Below, piece after piece: positions 18,053 through 28,250 of a stretch of 64,000 bases of DNA. The DNA lies in the NCBI GenBank assembly GCA_963733295.1, contig CAVTCS010000003.1, positions 1,536,001 through 1,600,000 of the forward strand, read 5' to 3'. Below the pieces are notes generated by a model. It saw only the letters and a list, made by a program, of their open reading frames with translations, was not told the origin of the DNA and made no database searches. Source of the stretch: Vulcanimicrobiota bacterium. GTDB lineage: Bacteria > Vulcanimicrobiota > Vulcanimicrobiia > Vulcanimicrobiales > Vulcanimicrobiaceae. The position numbers and the translations under genes are program-made. Position 1 is the first letter of the stretch; each line of letters opens with the position of its first letter.

Positions 18053-19288
18053 ATGGCCATGCGACCCGGACTGATTCTTCTCGGATTTGCGAGCGGGCTC
18101 ATCGCCTGCTCGGGCGGGGGCGGCAGCGGCAATGCGCCTTCGGGCCCGAAACCGACCGCGACGGCCGGCGCGACGACGACGCCCAATGCGAACGCTACGT
18201 CCACTCCAACGGCGAGGGCAACGGCGACCGCTTCCGGGAGCGCGACCGCAACTCCGACCGCGACGGCTGCGGGCGCCGTTCTGGTCGTGGGTCCGGGGCA
18301 GCAGTACGCGACGCTAGCTGCCGCGGCTGCCGCGGCGGTAGACGGCGACACCATCGACGTCGTCGCGGGGACCTACACCAACGACTTTGCGGGCTACATC
18401 GGTGCGAACGTGACGATCCAAGGCGTCGGTGGGATGGTGCATGAGCTCTACACGACGGCGCCGCCCAACGAGAAAGCACCACTCACCGTCGAGAAAGGGC
18501 TGACGCTGAAGAACTTCGAGATCTCCGGCGTTACGATTTCCGCGGCCGAAGGGAACAACGGCGCGGCGATACGGCTCGAAGGCGGCAACCTCTTCGTCCA
18601 ATACTGCTACATCCACGACAACCAGGACGGCATTCTCGCGGACGCCGTGACCGGAGCGACGGTAACGATCGACCACACCGAATTCGCGCGCAATGGCGCG
18701 GGCGACGGATTCTCGCACAACCTCTACATCAACGCCGTCGCTTCGCTCACGTTCACAAACGACTACTCGCACGACGCGAACGTCGGGCACGACCTGAAAA
18801 GTCGCGCTCTTGCCACGACGATTCAAAACAGCGTCATCGCGGACGGTCCGAGCGGAACGGCGAGCTATGAGATCGACATTCCGAATGCCGGTGTCGCGCT
18901 CATCGAAAATAGCTTTATCGAGAAAGGCCCGCTGGCGCAGAACTCCAATATGATTCACTACGGCGGTGAGAGTTTAGCGGCCGCGTACCCGAGCAATAGC
19001 CTTACCATCTCCGGAGGGACGATGGTTAATGCCTATGGTTCGTCCGCGGTCGCGATCTCGAATCAGGCGTCGAGCGTCGCCGCCGGACTCAGCGTGACGC
19101 CGGTGGTCAGCACGAACGTTTTCTGGGGCTTCGGGGCTTCGAACATCGTGCAGGGCGGTCCAGCCCCTAGCATGAGCGGCAACACGATCAACCCTACGAC
19201 GAGCGGAGCTCCGGCGATTCCGACGACCCCTCCCTGGGCGAGCGCGCCGGTCATACCCGTCCCATCCGCGCACGCGCGCGGAAGGTGA
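18053..19288 (+). CDS. Lipoprotein with right-handed beta-helix (pectin lyase-like) domain
   Basis: Lipobox LIAC, Thr/Ala linker, NGAAIRLEGG, HDNQDGIL, GFSHNLYI, GHDLKSRA. Confidence 0.8.
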   Translation: MAMRPGLILLGFASGLIACSGGGGSGNAPSGPKPTATAGATTTPNANATSTPTARATATASGSATATPTATAAGAVLVVGPGQQYATLAAAAAAAVDGDTIDVVAGTYTNDFAGYIGANVTIQGVGGMVHELYTTAPPNEKAPLTVEKGLTLKNFEISGVTISAAEGNNGAAIRLEGGNLFVQYCYIHDNQDGILADAVTGATVTIDHTEFARNGAGDGFSHNLYINAVASLTFTNDYSHDANVGHDLKSRALATTIQNSVIADGPSGTASYEIDIPNAGVALIENSFIEKGPLAQNSNMIHYGGESLAAAYPSNSLTISGGTMVNAYGSSAVAISNQASSVAAGLSVTPVVSTNVFWGFGASNIVQGGPAPSMSGNTINPTTSGAPAIPTTPPWASAPVIPVPSAHARGR

Positions 19289-19395
19289 ACGCCCAGCGGC
19301 TAACGCACGAGCCGTTTGAGACGTTGTTCTGAGCAACCAATGTCTCATGGAGGCCTCTTCAAACGTCTAGCTTCTTCCGCCGCCTTCGTCGCGGA

Positions 19396-20967
19396 TTGCT
19401 CGTAGCCGCATCGATTGGCGCGCTTTCGGGATGCGCCGCGAGCGCGGCCGGCTCCCATCGGGATCCAGGGACGCTCGTGGTCGTCGAACCAGCCGACGGC
19501 AACACGATCGATCCGCTGTACGCCAACAGCGAACCGGCGCAATTGTATGGCGGCTTCGTATTCGAAGGACTCGCGACCCAGGGCGCTCACTTCGCGACTA
19601 TTCCGTGGCTGGCGACGAGCTGGACGCACACGCCGGACGCACTGCATTGGACGGTCTACTTGCGTCACGGGGTCGTCTGGTCCGACGGTGCGCCGTTCAC
19701 GTCGAAGGACGTGCTCTGGACCTGGAAGGCGATGCTCGATCCGGCAACCGGCTTTCCGTACGCAGGTATGTATGCATACGTCGGCAAGATCACGGCGCTT
19801 GGACCGTACGCCGTTCGCTTCGATCTCAAGACGCGCAACGCGCTCTTCGAATCGCAATCGTTGGCAACGCCGCTTCTGCCCGAGCACATCCTCGCGAAGA
19901 TTCCGGCGGCTCAGTTGCGTAAGTCCTCATTCGGCCAGCACCCGATCGGGACCGGGCCTTACACCGTGTCGGAGTGGCAGCACGACGACCACATCGTCTT
20001 CGAGCGAAATCCGCGTTGGTGGCGCGGTTCCCCGAAGATCGCGCGAGTCGAAATGCGCATCGTGCTCAACAACGAGGCGCGTATGGACGCGCTCGAAGAC
20101 GGCAGCGCCGACCTCGTCGACAGCATGCGGACGTCCGACTACTTCTCGCTGCTCCAGAAGGACCCCAAGCTCAAGTTCGTCCACCTTCCCGGCCTCTACA
20201 GCTACTTCGTCATGACGAACCTGCGAGTGGCGGGGCTCAGCGATCTGCGCGTGCGGCAAGCGATGATGTACGGATGGGACCGCAAGCAAGTGACCGGGGG
20301 TCTCTTGCACGGCGACGCCGTCGTCGACGATAGCATCGAGCCCGTGGGACTCGGGTATTGGCACGACGGTAACGTAACGCACTATCCTTTCGACCCGGCC
20401 AAATCGCGCGCGATTCTCGACGCCGCGGGCTGGAAGCTCGGCGACGACGGCGTTCGTGCCAAGGGAAAAGACCGGCTCGCCTTCGTGTTGTCGATGTCGA
20501 ACGGAAACGACACGGCGACCGACGAGGCCGCCGAGTTCCAAGCCGATATGCGCGCGATCGGCATCGACGTCTCGATCAAGCAACTCGACTACGCGACGTT
20601 CATCGACAACACGAACGATTTCAAATACGAGCTCGCGCTGACGGGGTTCGGCGGAATCACCGATCCGGACGAATACACGTTCCTCCACTCCTCGCAGTTT
20701 GCTCCGGCGGGGAACAACGACATGGGCTACAGCAACGCGCGGGCCGATCGCGACCTCGTTGCAGGACTGGCGGCAGTCGGCGATGCAGAGCGCAAACCGT
20801 ACTACGACGACTTGCAGCGCGTGACGTCGCAGACCTTGCCCGTGCTCTGGGGTTGGGATCGTTACTTTGAAGCGGCCTATTCGCCCCGGCTCCACATCGA
20901 TCGCAAGCTGATGCTGCCGGAGCTTCCGTTCTGGTGGAACGAGTACGACTGGACTCTTAGCAGTTGA
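19396..20967 (+). CDS. oppA: Peptide/nickel ABC substrate-binding lipoprotein (family 5)
   Basis: Lipobox LSGC, LRHGVVWSDGAPFT, PIGTGPY, DLRVRQA. Confidence 0.9.
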   Translation: MLVAASIGALSGCAASAAGSHRDPGTLVVVEPADGNTIDPLYANSEPAQLYGGFVFEGLATQGAHFATIPWLATSWTHTPDALHWTVYLRHGVVWSDGAPFTSKDVLWTWKAMLDPATGFPYAGMYAYVGKITALGPYAVRFDLKTRNALFESQSLATPLLPEHILAKIPAAQLRKSSFGQHPIGTGPYTVSEWQHDDHIVFERNPRWWRGSPKIARVEMRIVLNNEARMDALEDGSADLVDSMRTSDYFSLLQKDPKLKFVHLPGLYSYFVMTNLRVAGLSDLRVRQAMMYGWDRKQVTGGLLHGDAVVDDSIEPVGLGYWHDGNVTHYPFDPAKSRAILDAAGWKLGDDGVRAKGKDRLAFVLSMSNGNDTATDEAAEFQADMRAIGIDVSIKQLDYATFIDNTNDFKYELALTGFGGITDPDEYTFLHSSQFAPAGNNDMGYSNARADRDLVAGLAAVGDAERKPYYDDLQRVTSQTLPVLWGWDRYFEAAYSPRLHIDRKLMLPELPFWWNEYDWTLSS

Positions 20968-21923
20968 CCTCGTTCATCGTCCGCAGGCTTATCGGGGCGG
21001 TTCCTCTGCTGCTGCTCGTCAGCCTGATCTCGTACGCGATCATGGGCTTAGCGCCGGGCGGTCCGGGCGCGATCATCGCGGAGCAAGCTCGCCGCATGAC
21101 GCCGGTGGCACGGCAACACTTCATCCAACTGCTCGGCCTGGACAAACCGTGGTACGTCCAGTATTTTTACTGGCTGAAAACTTTGATCTTTCAAGGTTCG
21201 CTCGGAAACTCGTACGTGGACGGCCGGCCGGTCGTGGAGAAAATCCTCGAGAAGCTGCCGGTCACGCTCGAACTACTCACGCTCGCGCTGCTGTTGACGC
21301 TGTTGATCGCTCTCCCAGCCGGCGTATACGCCGCAACCAAGCGTAACTCGTGGTTCGACATCGGATCGACCGCGATCGGCTTCGTCGCGTACGGCATTCC
21401 GGTTTTTTGGCTCGGAATCGTGCTCATCGACGTCTTCGCGGTTCACCTTCGCTGGCTTCCCGCTTCCGGCGTGGCGTCGCTTGGCGGCGAGCACGACGTC
21501 GGGGACCGGCTGCGACACCTGATCCTTCCGGTCGTGACGCTGGCCCTCGTAAGTTTCGCTTCGTGGATGCGCTACCAGCGCGGTGCGATGCTCGAGGTCT
21601 TGTCCGAACCGTTCGTGCGGACCGCTCGAGCCAAAGGTCTCGCGGAACGGATCGTCATCTACCGGCACGCACTTCGCAACGCGCTCATTCCGACGGTGAC
21701 GCTGCTCGGCCTCACGCTACCGGGGCTCGTCGGCGGAGCGTTCTTCGTCGAGTACGTCTTTTCGTATCCAGGGATGGGTTATCTCGGCATCAACTCGATT
21801 TTCGCGCGCGACTATCCAACCGTCATGGGCATCACGATGCTTTCGGCGGTGCTGGTCGTGCTGGGCAATCTTCTAGCCGACGTGTTCTACGCGCTCGTCG
21901 ATCCGCGGATCCGTTATGATTGA
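20964..21923 (+). CDS. oppB: Peptide ABC permease
   Basis: GLDKPWYVQY, TARAKGL...HALRNA, DPRIRY. Confidence 0.92.
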   Translation: MTSFIVRRLIGAVPLLLLVSLISYAIMGLAPGGPGAIIAEQARRMTPVARQHFIQLLGLDKPWYVQYFYWLKTLIFQGSLGNSYVDGRPVVEKILEKLPVTLELLTLALLLTLLIALPAGVYAATKRNSWFDIGSTAIGFVAYGIPVFWLGIVLIDVFAVHLRWLPASGVASLGGEHDVGDRLRHLILPVVTLALVSFASWMRYQRGAMLEVLSEPFVRTARAKGLAERIVIYRHALRNALIPTVTLLGLTLPGLVGGAFFVEYVFSYPGMGYLGINSIFARDYPTVMGITMLSAVLVVLGNLLADVFYALVDPRIRYD

Positions 21924-21935
21924 GACCGGCACGCG

Positions 21936-22838
21936 ATGAGCGCGTTCGTGCGCCGCTTCATGCGCGAAGGTTCGGCGGTTGCGGGCCTCGCGATCGTTCT
22001 GGTCCTCGTCTTCGGTGCGCTCTTCGGGCCGTGGCTCGACCCCGCGTCGCCGATCGCGATCGATCACGCTCTGCTCGGGCATCCCCTGCCGCCCTCGCTG
22101 CAACATCCGTTTGGAACCGATCTTTTGGGTCGCGACGAATTCGTACGGTCGCTTTACGGCGCGCGCGTTTCGCTGACGGTCGGCATCACGGCCATGATCG
22201 TCGCGATTACGATCGGCACGCTCTACGGTGCCATCTCGGGTGCCGCGGGGGGCCGCGTCGATATGGCGATGATGCGCTCCGTCGACGCGCTCCTCGCCTT
22301 TCCGTCCTTCTTTCTCATCATTACGGTCGAGGCGTTGACCGGAAAATTCGCACTCGTCGTCATCGTGCTCATCATCGGCCTGCTTTCGTGGATGGGCGTC
22401 GCGCGGCTCGTGCGCGGCGAAGTCCTTTCGCTGCGCGAGCGCGACTTCGTCGAGGCGGCTCGCGCGCTCGGTGCCAGCCCCGCGCGTCTGGTGCTGCGCC
22501 ACCTCATCCCCAATGCTCTCGGTCCGGTGGTCGTCGCCGGCACGCTCGCGATCGGAGACTTCATCCTGCTCGAGGCCTCGCTCTCCTATCTCGGGCTCGG
22601 CGTTCAAGTCCCGACGCCGTCGTGGGGCAACATGCTGCAAGACGCGCTGACGCCCGACGCGCGAAGCGCATACTGGCTCATCATCACTCCCGGATTGCTG
22701 ATCGTTTTCGCCCTGCTAGGCTTTAGTTTGCTCGGCGAAGGGTTGCGCGTCACGTTCGACCGGACGCAGAGTCAAGAGCTGACCGGAGCGTTCGACGACG
22801 CAGCGATTCCGGCCGCGCGCGTACCGGTCCAGGTTTGA
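21936..22838 (+). CDS. oppC: Peptide ABC permease
   Basis: HPFGTDLLGRD, EAARALGA, PTPSWGNML. Confidence 0.92.
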   Translation: MSAFVRRFMREGSAVAGLAIVLVLVFGALFGPWLDPASPIAIDHALLGHPLPPSLQHPFGTDLLGRDEFVRSLYGARVSLTVGITAMIVAITIGTLYGAISGAAGGRVDMAMMRSVDALLAFPSFFLIITVEALTGKFALVVIVLIIGLLSWMGVARLVRGEVLSLRERDFVEAARALGASPARLVLRHLIPNALGPVVVAGTLAIGDFILLEASLSYLGLGVQVPTPSWGNMLQDALTPDARSAYWLIITPGLLIVFALLGFSLLGEGLRVTFDRTQSQELTGAFDDAAIPAARVPVQV

Positions 22839-22881
22839 GCCGAGCGAGGGAAAACTGAGGCCCACGCCAATCTCGGGACGG

Positions 22882-23733
22882 ATGCCTCGCCACGCCGAGC
22901 TGCGCGCCGGTCGTATCGTCTACACGAACGACCTCCCGATCTACGCGGCCTTCGACGCGGGGGCCGTCCGCTTTCCGGGATCCCTCGTCGCCGACGTCCC
23001 GTCGGCACTCAACGCGATGTTGCTGGAAGGCCGGCTCGATCTCAGCCCGGTCAGCGCGTTCGCGTACGCGCTGCACGCCGATCGCTTCGCGCTGCTGCCG
23101 GAGCTCTGTATCGGATCGCGCAGGGACGTCTGGTCGGTCCTCTGCATCAGCCCGCGTCCCCTCGACGAACTCGAGGCGGCGACGATCGCCGTCACGCGTG
23201 AGTCGGCCAGCGGGCGAAATTTGCTGCGCGTCCTGCTCGAGCGGCGCTTCGGCGTTCGCGCAAACTTCGCCGACAGCGACGATCCGTACGGCGCCGCCGA
23301 GCGTGGCGAACCGGCGCTGCTCATCGGCGACCGGGCGATCGATGCGTTGCAAAACTTTCCGGCCGCACACATCCACGATCTCGGCCGCATCTGGCATGCG
23401 TGGACGGGCTGTGACATGGTCTATGCCGTGTGGGCGGTCAGGCGCGACGTTTTGGGCGCGCGACCGAACGCGGTCGTCGAGGGAATCGCAGCGCTGGTGG
23501 CCGCGCAACGCTGGGGTGCGGCGCATCCCGCCGACGTCGTCGCGGCGGCGCAGGCGCTTCGCCCGCGTCCCGCCGGTTTCTACGAAGCCTACTACGAAAC
23601 GCTCAACTTCGCGTTCGATGCGCGCGCTCGCGCGGGTCTGCGGCGCTACGTCGAAGAGCTGTACGCGATCGGCGCGATCGAACGAGTTCCGCGCGTCGAG
23701 CCCGAAGCGCTACTCGCCGGCACGACCCCCTAG
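22882..23733 (+). CDS. mqnA: Chorismate dehydratase (futalosine menaquinone pathway)
   Basis: I.YTN.LP, P..LN..L..G.LD..PVS, ALLIGDRA, DLG..W...TG...VYAVW. Confidence 0.88.
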   Translation: MPRHAELRAGRIVYTNDLPIYAAFDAGAVRFPGSLVADVPSALNAMLLEGRLDLSPVSAFAYALHADRFALLPELCIGSRRDVWSVLCISPRPLDELEAATIAVTRESASGRNLLRVLLERRFGVRANFADSDDPYGAAERGEPALLIGDRAIDALQNFPAAHIHDLGRIWHAWTGCDMVYAVWAVRRDVLGARPNAVVEGIAALVAAQRWGAAHPADVVAAAQALRPRPAGFYEAYYETLNFAFDARARAGLRRYVEELYAIGAIERVPRVEPEALLAGTTP

Positions 23734-24849
23734 CGGGGCGGACTCGGGCCACGGATTGGCGCCGGGCAGAAGCCAGGACGTTCCGTCGGCGTACTTGACC
23801 TGACGCACGGTATAAAACACCGCCGCCGCACCCGCAAACGGATCGGTCGGATCGTCTAAGCTGCCTTCACCGTCGATCACGCAATTCGGCCGCGAAGATT
23901 TCGCGTCCGCGACGGAAGTCGGCCCTGCGATGGAGGCACCGGACGCGAACGTTCCGATGCGCCGCAACCCTACGACCCGCTTGACGAAGGCGTATGCGTC
24001 GGAAACTTCGAGGTCGACGTCGAGTTCGGTCGCCGTTTTCGGTGCAGTGTTCGTAAACGAAAGGCAGGCCACGCCCTCCGTACCGTCGGCTCGAGAGGCG
24101 GCAAACCCGTGTGTGACCACGATTTGCGACGGACCGCCGTCTGCTTCCAATGTCGAACCCGCAAACAGAAGTGCGCGCCACGCAGATCCTGCCTGCGGCG
24201 GCGAATGCGCCGAGGCAGCGTCGACAAGCGAACTGATCAACGCTTGCGTATCGACCCCCACGCTCACCGAAGAGCCCTGCGAGGTGGTCGTTTGGGACCC
24301 GTCAGCATTGTTCGTCGTGGTCGTTGACGAACTCGATGACGAAGCGATGGGAACCTGTCCGCCCGGAATCATGCTCGCGAGCGTGTTAAAGAATCCGGTG
24401 TGGTGCTGCGGGGCCGGCGTCGGCGTCGGCAAAGGCGGAGGATTGGGCAGCGACAGAGGCACGACGGTGGCAGGCCATGGTCCTGGGACGACCGAGTAAT
24501 CGATCGAAAAGTACGCGGGACCGATCTGAGCGTCGCTGGCACCCCGGGCGTGGAGTGCTGCGCGGCCATGCGACTGCAGCCAGTACAGGAGCGCGTCGCG
24601 GTCGCCGGGGGCCAGGTTCATCACCTGCGTCTCGAGCGCTTCCAACGGACCTCCGCTCGCGTCGGAGGGTTGCGCTCGAGTCGCCCACGCGACGAGCGCG
24701 CTCATCGGTCCGAAACGCGCCGCGTCGACCGCCGCGAGCAGTTCGGACGAGGGCGGCGGCAAGGCCGGGGTCATCAACGGCTGCGCGCTCGCGCGCGACC
24801 AGAGCAGCAATGCCGCGAACAATACGGTCCCGAGAATCGAACGTCTCAT
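23710..24849 (-). CDS. Secreted hypothetical protein
   Basis: Signal peptide (ASA-Q), Pro and Ser/Thr linkers, C-terminal beta domain ending V.YADGT.W. Confidence 0.7.
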   Translation of the reverse strand: MRRSILGTVLFAALLLWSRASAQPLMTPALPPPSSELLAAVDAARFGPMSALVAWATRAQPSDASGGPLEALETQVMNLAPGDRDALLYWLQSHGRAALHARGASDAQIGPAYFSIDYSVVPGPWPATVVPLSLPNPPPLPTPTPAPQHHTGFFNTLASMIPGGQVPIASSSSSSTTTTNNADGSQTTTSQGSSVSVGVDTQALISSLVDAASAHSPPQAGSAWRALLFAGSTLEADGGPSQIVVTHGFAASRADGTEGVACLSFTNTAPKTATELDVDLEVSDAYAFVKRVVGLRRIGTFASGASIAGPTSVADAKSSRPNCVIDGEGSLDDPTDPFAGAAAVFYTVRQVKYADGTSWLLPGANPWPESAPLGGRAGE

Positions 24850-24966
24850 CGGCGCAACGTTCTGCACCGCGCGGCAAACGAGCCTGCCATGGCTCCCCTC
24901 AGGCCAAGCTTCCACAGAAGCCGCCCAAAGGCGGGACGTACCGCTTTCGTCTCCAAAGAAATCCCC

Positions 24967-26727
24967 GTGGCTTACTCGGCGAGCCGGACCCTGCTTCTCA
25001 TGCTCGGCCTGACCCTCTTCCTCGTAGCGACAGCGTCCGCGGCACGCGCCGCCTCGATATTCCGGGTGACATCCGACCGGCTCACGTTCTACAACAATCT
25101 GTACGTCATGACCGGCTACGGAAACGTCCGGATCGATTTACGGAACGGCTCGAAGATCGCGGCCGATTCGTTCGTGATCGATCTGCGCCTAAACCGTTTT
25201 GTCGTCTCCGGAAACGTCCGCATCACCACGTTGCAGAAAACCTATGAGGGCGCCGCGCTTTCAGCCGACCTCGAGAACGGCACCTCGTATTTCGTTTCCC
25301 TCGATGGCACCCCGGAACGTCTGACCTTTCGCGACGATCGTTTCACGAACGCCGAGAGCGGCGGCGAAGCGGCCGCCGACGCATTCGCCTTTCCCGACCT
25401 CAAGAATAGCCCCGCGTCTCTCATCGGAACCAAAGTCACCATCGGCGCGGGAGAATACATCCGTTTCGACGGGTGCCGGACGCAGATCCTCGGAGGCTAC
25501 AAGTACTATTTTCCACTGCCGATCTGCTACATCAACTTCGGCAGCGACCCGAACCTCGCACAGGACGCGCTGAACGGAGCGAGCGTCGGTGCCCAGTACA
25601 AATTTGCCGGAAATGCGAATTCGACGAGCTCCCTCCTGCTCAACTACGACACCGTCAACAAAGTTTATGGCGCGCTCGAGCAGAACCTCAGTTCGCCGAA
25701 CGGCTGGGCAGTCGTAGCGCTCAACTCGAGCAACGATTCGAGAATCATAAGCGGGATCGCCTACGCACAACCTGCCGAAAACCTCGGAGTACGCGCCTCG
25801 AGCCAGCTGCACTTCTTATCGCCGGATGCGACGAACGACCTCAACTGGTTTTCCTACTCCGATGCCGAGGTCACGCAAGGCTTGCCGTATTCGTACTTGC
25901 AGCTGAACTATTCGTTCGCGAACGAAGCCTCGCAAGGCCCGGGGCCGGGCTTCGACATCGGGGCGTACGATCCGACGCATCCCTCCAGCATCCAGCTCGG
26001 GCTGCGCAGCTCGGACTTGCGGCTCGGACCGGCCGCTTTCAACCTCGCCGGCGGCTACGGCCAAACCCACGACCCGTACGGTTTGCAAACCTTCGGCGGA
26101 GTAACCTACACGACGCTCTGGTTCGATTACCTCGATGCGGCGCTGTTTGCGCCGTCGTTGAAATTCGGCAGCCGAAGCGATCCGGGGAATCTCCTGTCCC
26201 TCGATCTGCTGGCGACGGACCAGCGCGAGTGGTATTCCTTGCCGCACTACACGAATTGGACGACGACCTCCGCGACGTTGACGAAATCGTTTTCCGGTAA
26301 AGCGACGCTGAGCTTGGGATACGGCGTCGAGAATGTGGCCGACATCTATCCCGGCGCCCAGCGCCAGGCGTATCCGTCGTTCGCTCCGCCGCAAGGACCG
26401 GGCTATGCGGCCTTCGAGGGCCTCGCGACCTTCCGGACGCTGTCGCTGGGAGCGACCTACACGCCGAGCGCGCGCTTGTCGCTGGCCGCTACGCTTTCAC
26501 AACATACCGATTTCCCGGCACCGATTCCGAACTTCTTCGCGCTGGCGCCGCAGCCCGTGCTGGGAATCAATCCGTATCCGAATTATCTCGGACAACCGCC
26601 CTACCAACTCTACGCCGGCGCGCGGATCCGCATCAACGATCAGCTCTCGCTCGACTTTCAAAACACCTACTTCTTTAACTACCAAGGTGCGGACTGGAGC
26701 GGTCTCATCTTTGCGGTTCGACCGTGA
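24967..26727 (+). CDS. Outer-membrane protein, OstA/LptD-like
   Basis: Signal peptide, N-terminal OstA-like strands (GNVRI..I.AD...DL..NRF..SGNV), aromatic-rich beta-strand C-terminus. Confidence 0.55.
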   Translation: MAYSASRTLLLMLGLTLFLVATASAARAASIFRVTSDRLTFYNNLYVMTGYGNVRIDLRNGSKIAADSFVIDLRLNRFVVSGNVRITTLQKTYEGAALSADLENGTSYFVSLDGTPERLTFRDDRFTNAESGGEAAADAFAFPDLKNSPASLIGTKVTIGAGEYIRFDGCRTQILGGYKYYFPLPICYINFGSDPNLAQDALNGASVGAQYKFAGNANSTSSLLLNYDTVNKVYGALEQNLSSPNGWAVVALNSSNDSRIISGIAYAQPAENLGVRASSQLHFLSPDATNDLNWFSYSDAEVTQGLPYSYLQLNYSFANEASQGPGPGFDIGAYDPTHPSSIQLGLRSSDLRLGPAAFNLAGGYGQTHDPYGLQTFGGVTYTTLWFDYLDAALFAPSLKFGSRSDPGNLLSLDLLATDQREWYSLPHYTNWTTTSATLTKSFSGKATLSLGYGVENVADIYPGAQRQAYPSFAPPQGPGYAAFEGLATFRTLSLGATYTPSARLSLAATLSQHTDFPAPIPNFFALAPQPVLGINPYPNYLGQPPYQLYAGARIRINDQLSLDFQNTYFFNYQGADWSGLIFAVRP

Positions 26728-27548
26728 ACGCGCGTCTGCGCGTCCCGAGTGCCTGTCTTCTTGCCTTCGCCGTGTGGACGTCGAACGCGCTCGCCGGCGC
26801 CTGGTGCGGACCCGTTTTCGCTGCCACGACGTTGCGCGTCGCCGCTCAACTCCTCGGTTACGAAAAGGGCTACGTCTTGCTGACGACCGGGGAGGCGTTC
26901 AAGGTCGCGCCGGGCATTTCGCTAGTCGACGCCAAAGGCGGAGCCGCGAAGGTCAAGCCGAAGCTCGGCGATTTTGTTCGTTTGACTTTCGACGCGAGCG
27001 GCGCGGTCAGCCAAATCGCGCTGTCCGCCGAGCCGTTTCCGGCAGAAGAGCCGCTTACCGACGTGGAACGCTATTCGATGCTGACGCCCCTCGCGCAGCC
27101 GGCGACACCGTCCCTCACCGAACTGAGGAACGAACGCGTTACCGTCTCGTTTGTCGTGCAAGTGCCTACCACGACGTTGCCGGGCGATCACGTCTACATG
27201 GAAACGAGCGAAACCTCGTGGAATCCACTCGCCGTCCGGCTCGATCGCATCGATTCGCAACACTTCCGCGTCGTGCTCGCCGTGCCGGTCGGGAGCCGCT
27301 TCCGCTATCTGTTCACGCGCGGCAACTCGCAGTCGATCGAGCGCGGAGCGAACGGTCTACAACGTCCGCCCCGCGCGCTTCTCGTGCGCGACCTCGAGAA
27401 TCACGAAGTTTTCGACAAAGTCGAGCATTGGGGCGACGAGGCCGGGAACGCCATCATCGCCAATCCGCAGACGAGCCCGACGCCCTTCAACCCCGCGCCG
27501 TATCCGAATCTCCCTCCGGTCAAGATTAACCCGGCTGCGCCTCGCTGA
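26724..27548 (+). CDS. Secreted protein with CBM20-like carbohydrate-binding domain
   Basis: VSF.V.VP..T.PG..VY...WNP...F.Y.FTRG...E...V..W. GTGA overlap with the upstream gene. Confidence 0.65.
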   Translation: MNARLRVPSACLLAFAVWTSNALAGAWCGPVFAATTLRVAAQLLGYEKGYVLLTTGEAFKVAPGISLVDAKGGAAKVKPKLGDFVRLTFDASGAVSQIALSAEPFPAEEPLTDVERYSMLTPLAQPATPSLTELRNERVTVSFVVQVPTTTLPGDHVYMETSETSWNPLAVRLDRIDSQHFRVVLAVPVGSRFRYLFTRGNSQSIERGANGLQRPPRALLVRDLENHEVFDKVEHWGDEAGNAIIANPQTSPTPFNPAPYPNLPPVKINPAAPR

Positions 27549-27563
27549 GCCTCGAGCCGAGAA

Positions 27564-28115
27564 CTACCGGTAGTAGTTTCCGGGTTGAACGTTGATTTGA
27601 GTTGCGTTGATCGCGCCGTTCCCGCCCCGGACGCCCTGTACGTAGATATGCATCCCCGGTTGCAGCTTCGTTCCACTCGGATTGATGACCGTGCCGTCCT
27701 TCAAGAAAATGTTCCGGCCGTCTTCCAGCTTGATGTTCGTCCCATTCACGACGGCGATCGTTCCCGAAGTTTCACGCGAACCGTTCCCGCCGCTCGGAGG
27801 ATATGGCGTCATGCTCTGCACGTCGACGCGCGTCGCGTTGATCGCGCCGTTGCCGCCGTGCACGCCCCAAACGTAGATCTGCATTCCGGGTTTCAGACTG
27901 GTGCCGCTCGGATTGATCGTCGTTCCACTTTTCAAGAAGATGTTCCGACCGTCTTGCAATTTGATATTCGTCCCGTTGACGACCGCGATCGTTCCGGATG
28001 TTTCGCGCGAACCGTTGCTGTTGTAGTTGTAATTGGGTGGATAGTTCTGGGCAAGGGCGCTCGAGGTCGCCGTCGCGATGAGAGCGAGCGTAATAAGAAA
28101 GGCGATCGACTTCAT
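27564..28115 (-). CDS. Secreted protein with two tandem OB-fold-like (DUF5666-like) repeats
   Basis: GGAAAGGA RBS, signal peptide (ALA-Q), two near-identical units of about 68 aa. Confidence 0.8.
   Translation of the reverse strand: MKSIAFLITLALIATATSSALAQNYPPNYNYNSNGSRETSGTIAVVNGTNIKLQDGRNIFLKSGTTINPSGTSLKPGMQIYVWGVHGGNGAINATRVDVQSMTPYPPSGGNGSRETSGTIAVVNGTNIKLEDGRNIFLKDGTVINPSGTKLQPGMHIYVQGVRGGNGAINATQINVQPGNYYR
27585..28016 (-). repeat. Intragenic direct repeat, two copies, period 231 bp
   Basis: NGSRETSGTIAVVNGTNIKL.DGRNIFLK.GT.INPSGT.L.PGM.IYV.GV.GGNGAINAT occurs twice (ACCGTT at 27780 and 28011). Confidence 0.9.
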
Positions 28116-28250
28116 GGTTGGTCCTTTCCCTAAAAGGCCGGTGTCTGCAGGCGGTTTTTGCCCGGAACGTCCCGCCGCCTGCGTCCCCGCGCACGCACGC
28201 GAAGGGCGACCGATAGGAAGGCCGGCCCGGCTCGCATTATACAAGGCTCG

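Noticed and set aside
18140..18275. Thr/Ala/Pro low-complexity repeats (also 4860-5000)
   Set aside because: Ordinary lipoprotein linkers rather than DNA repeat elements.
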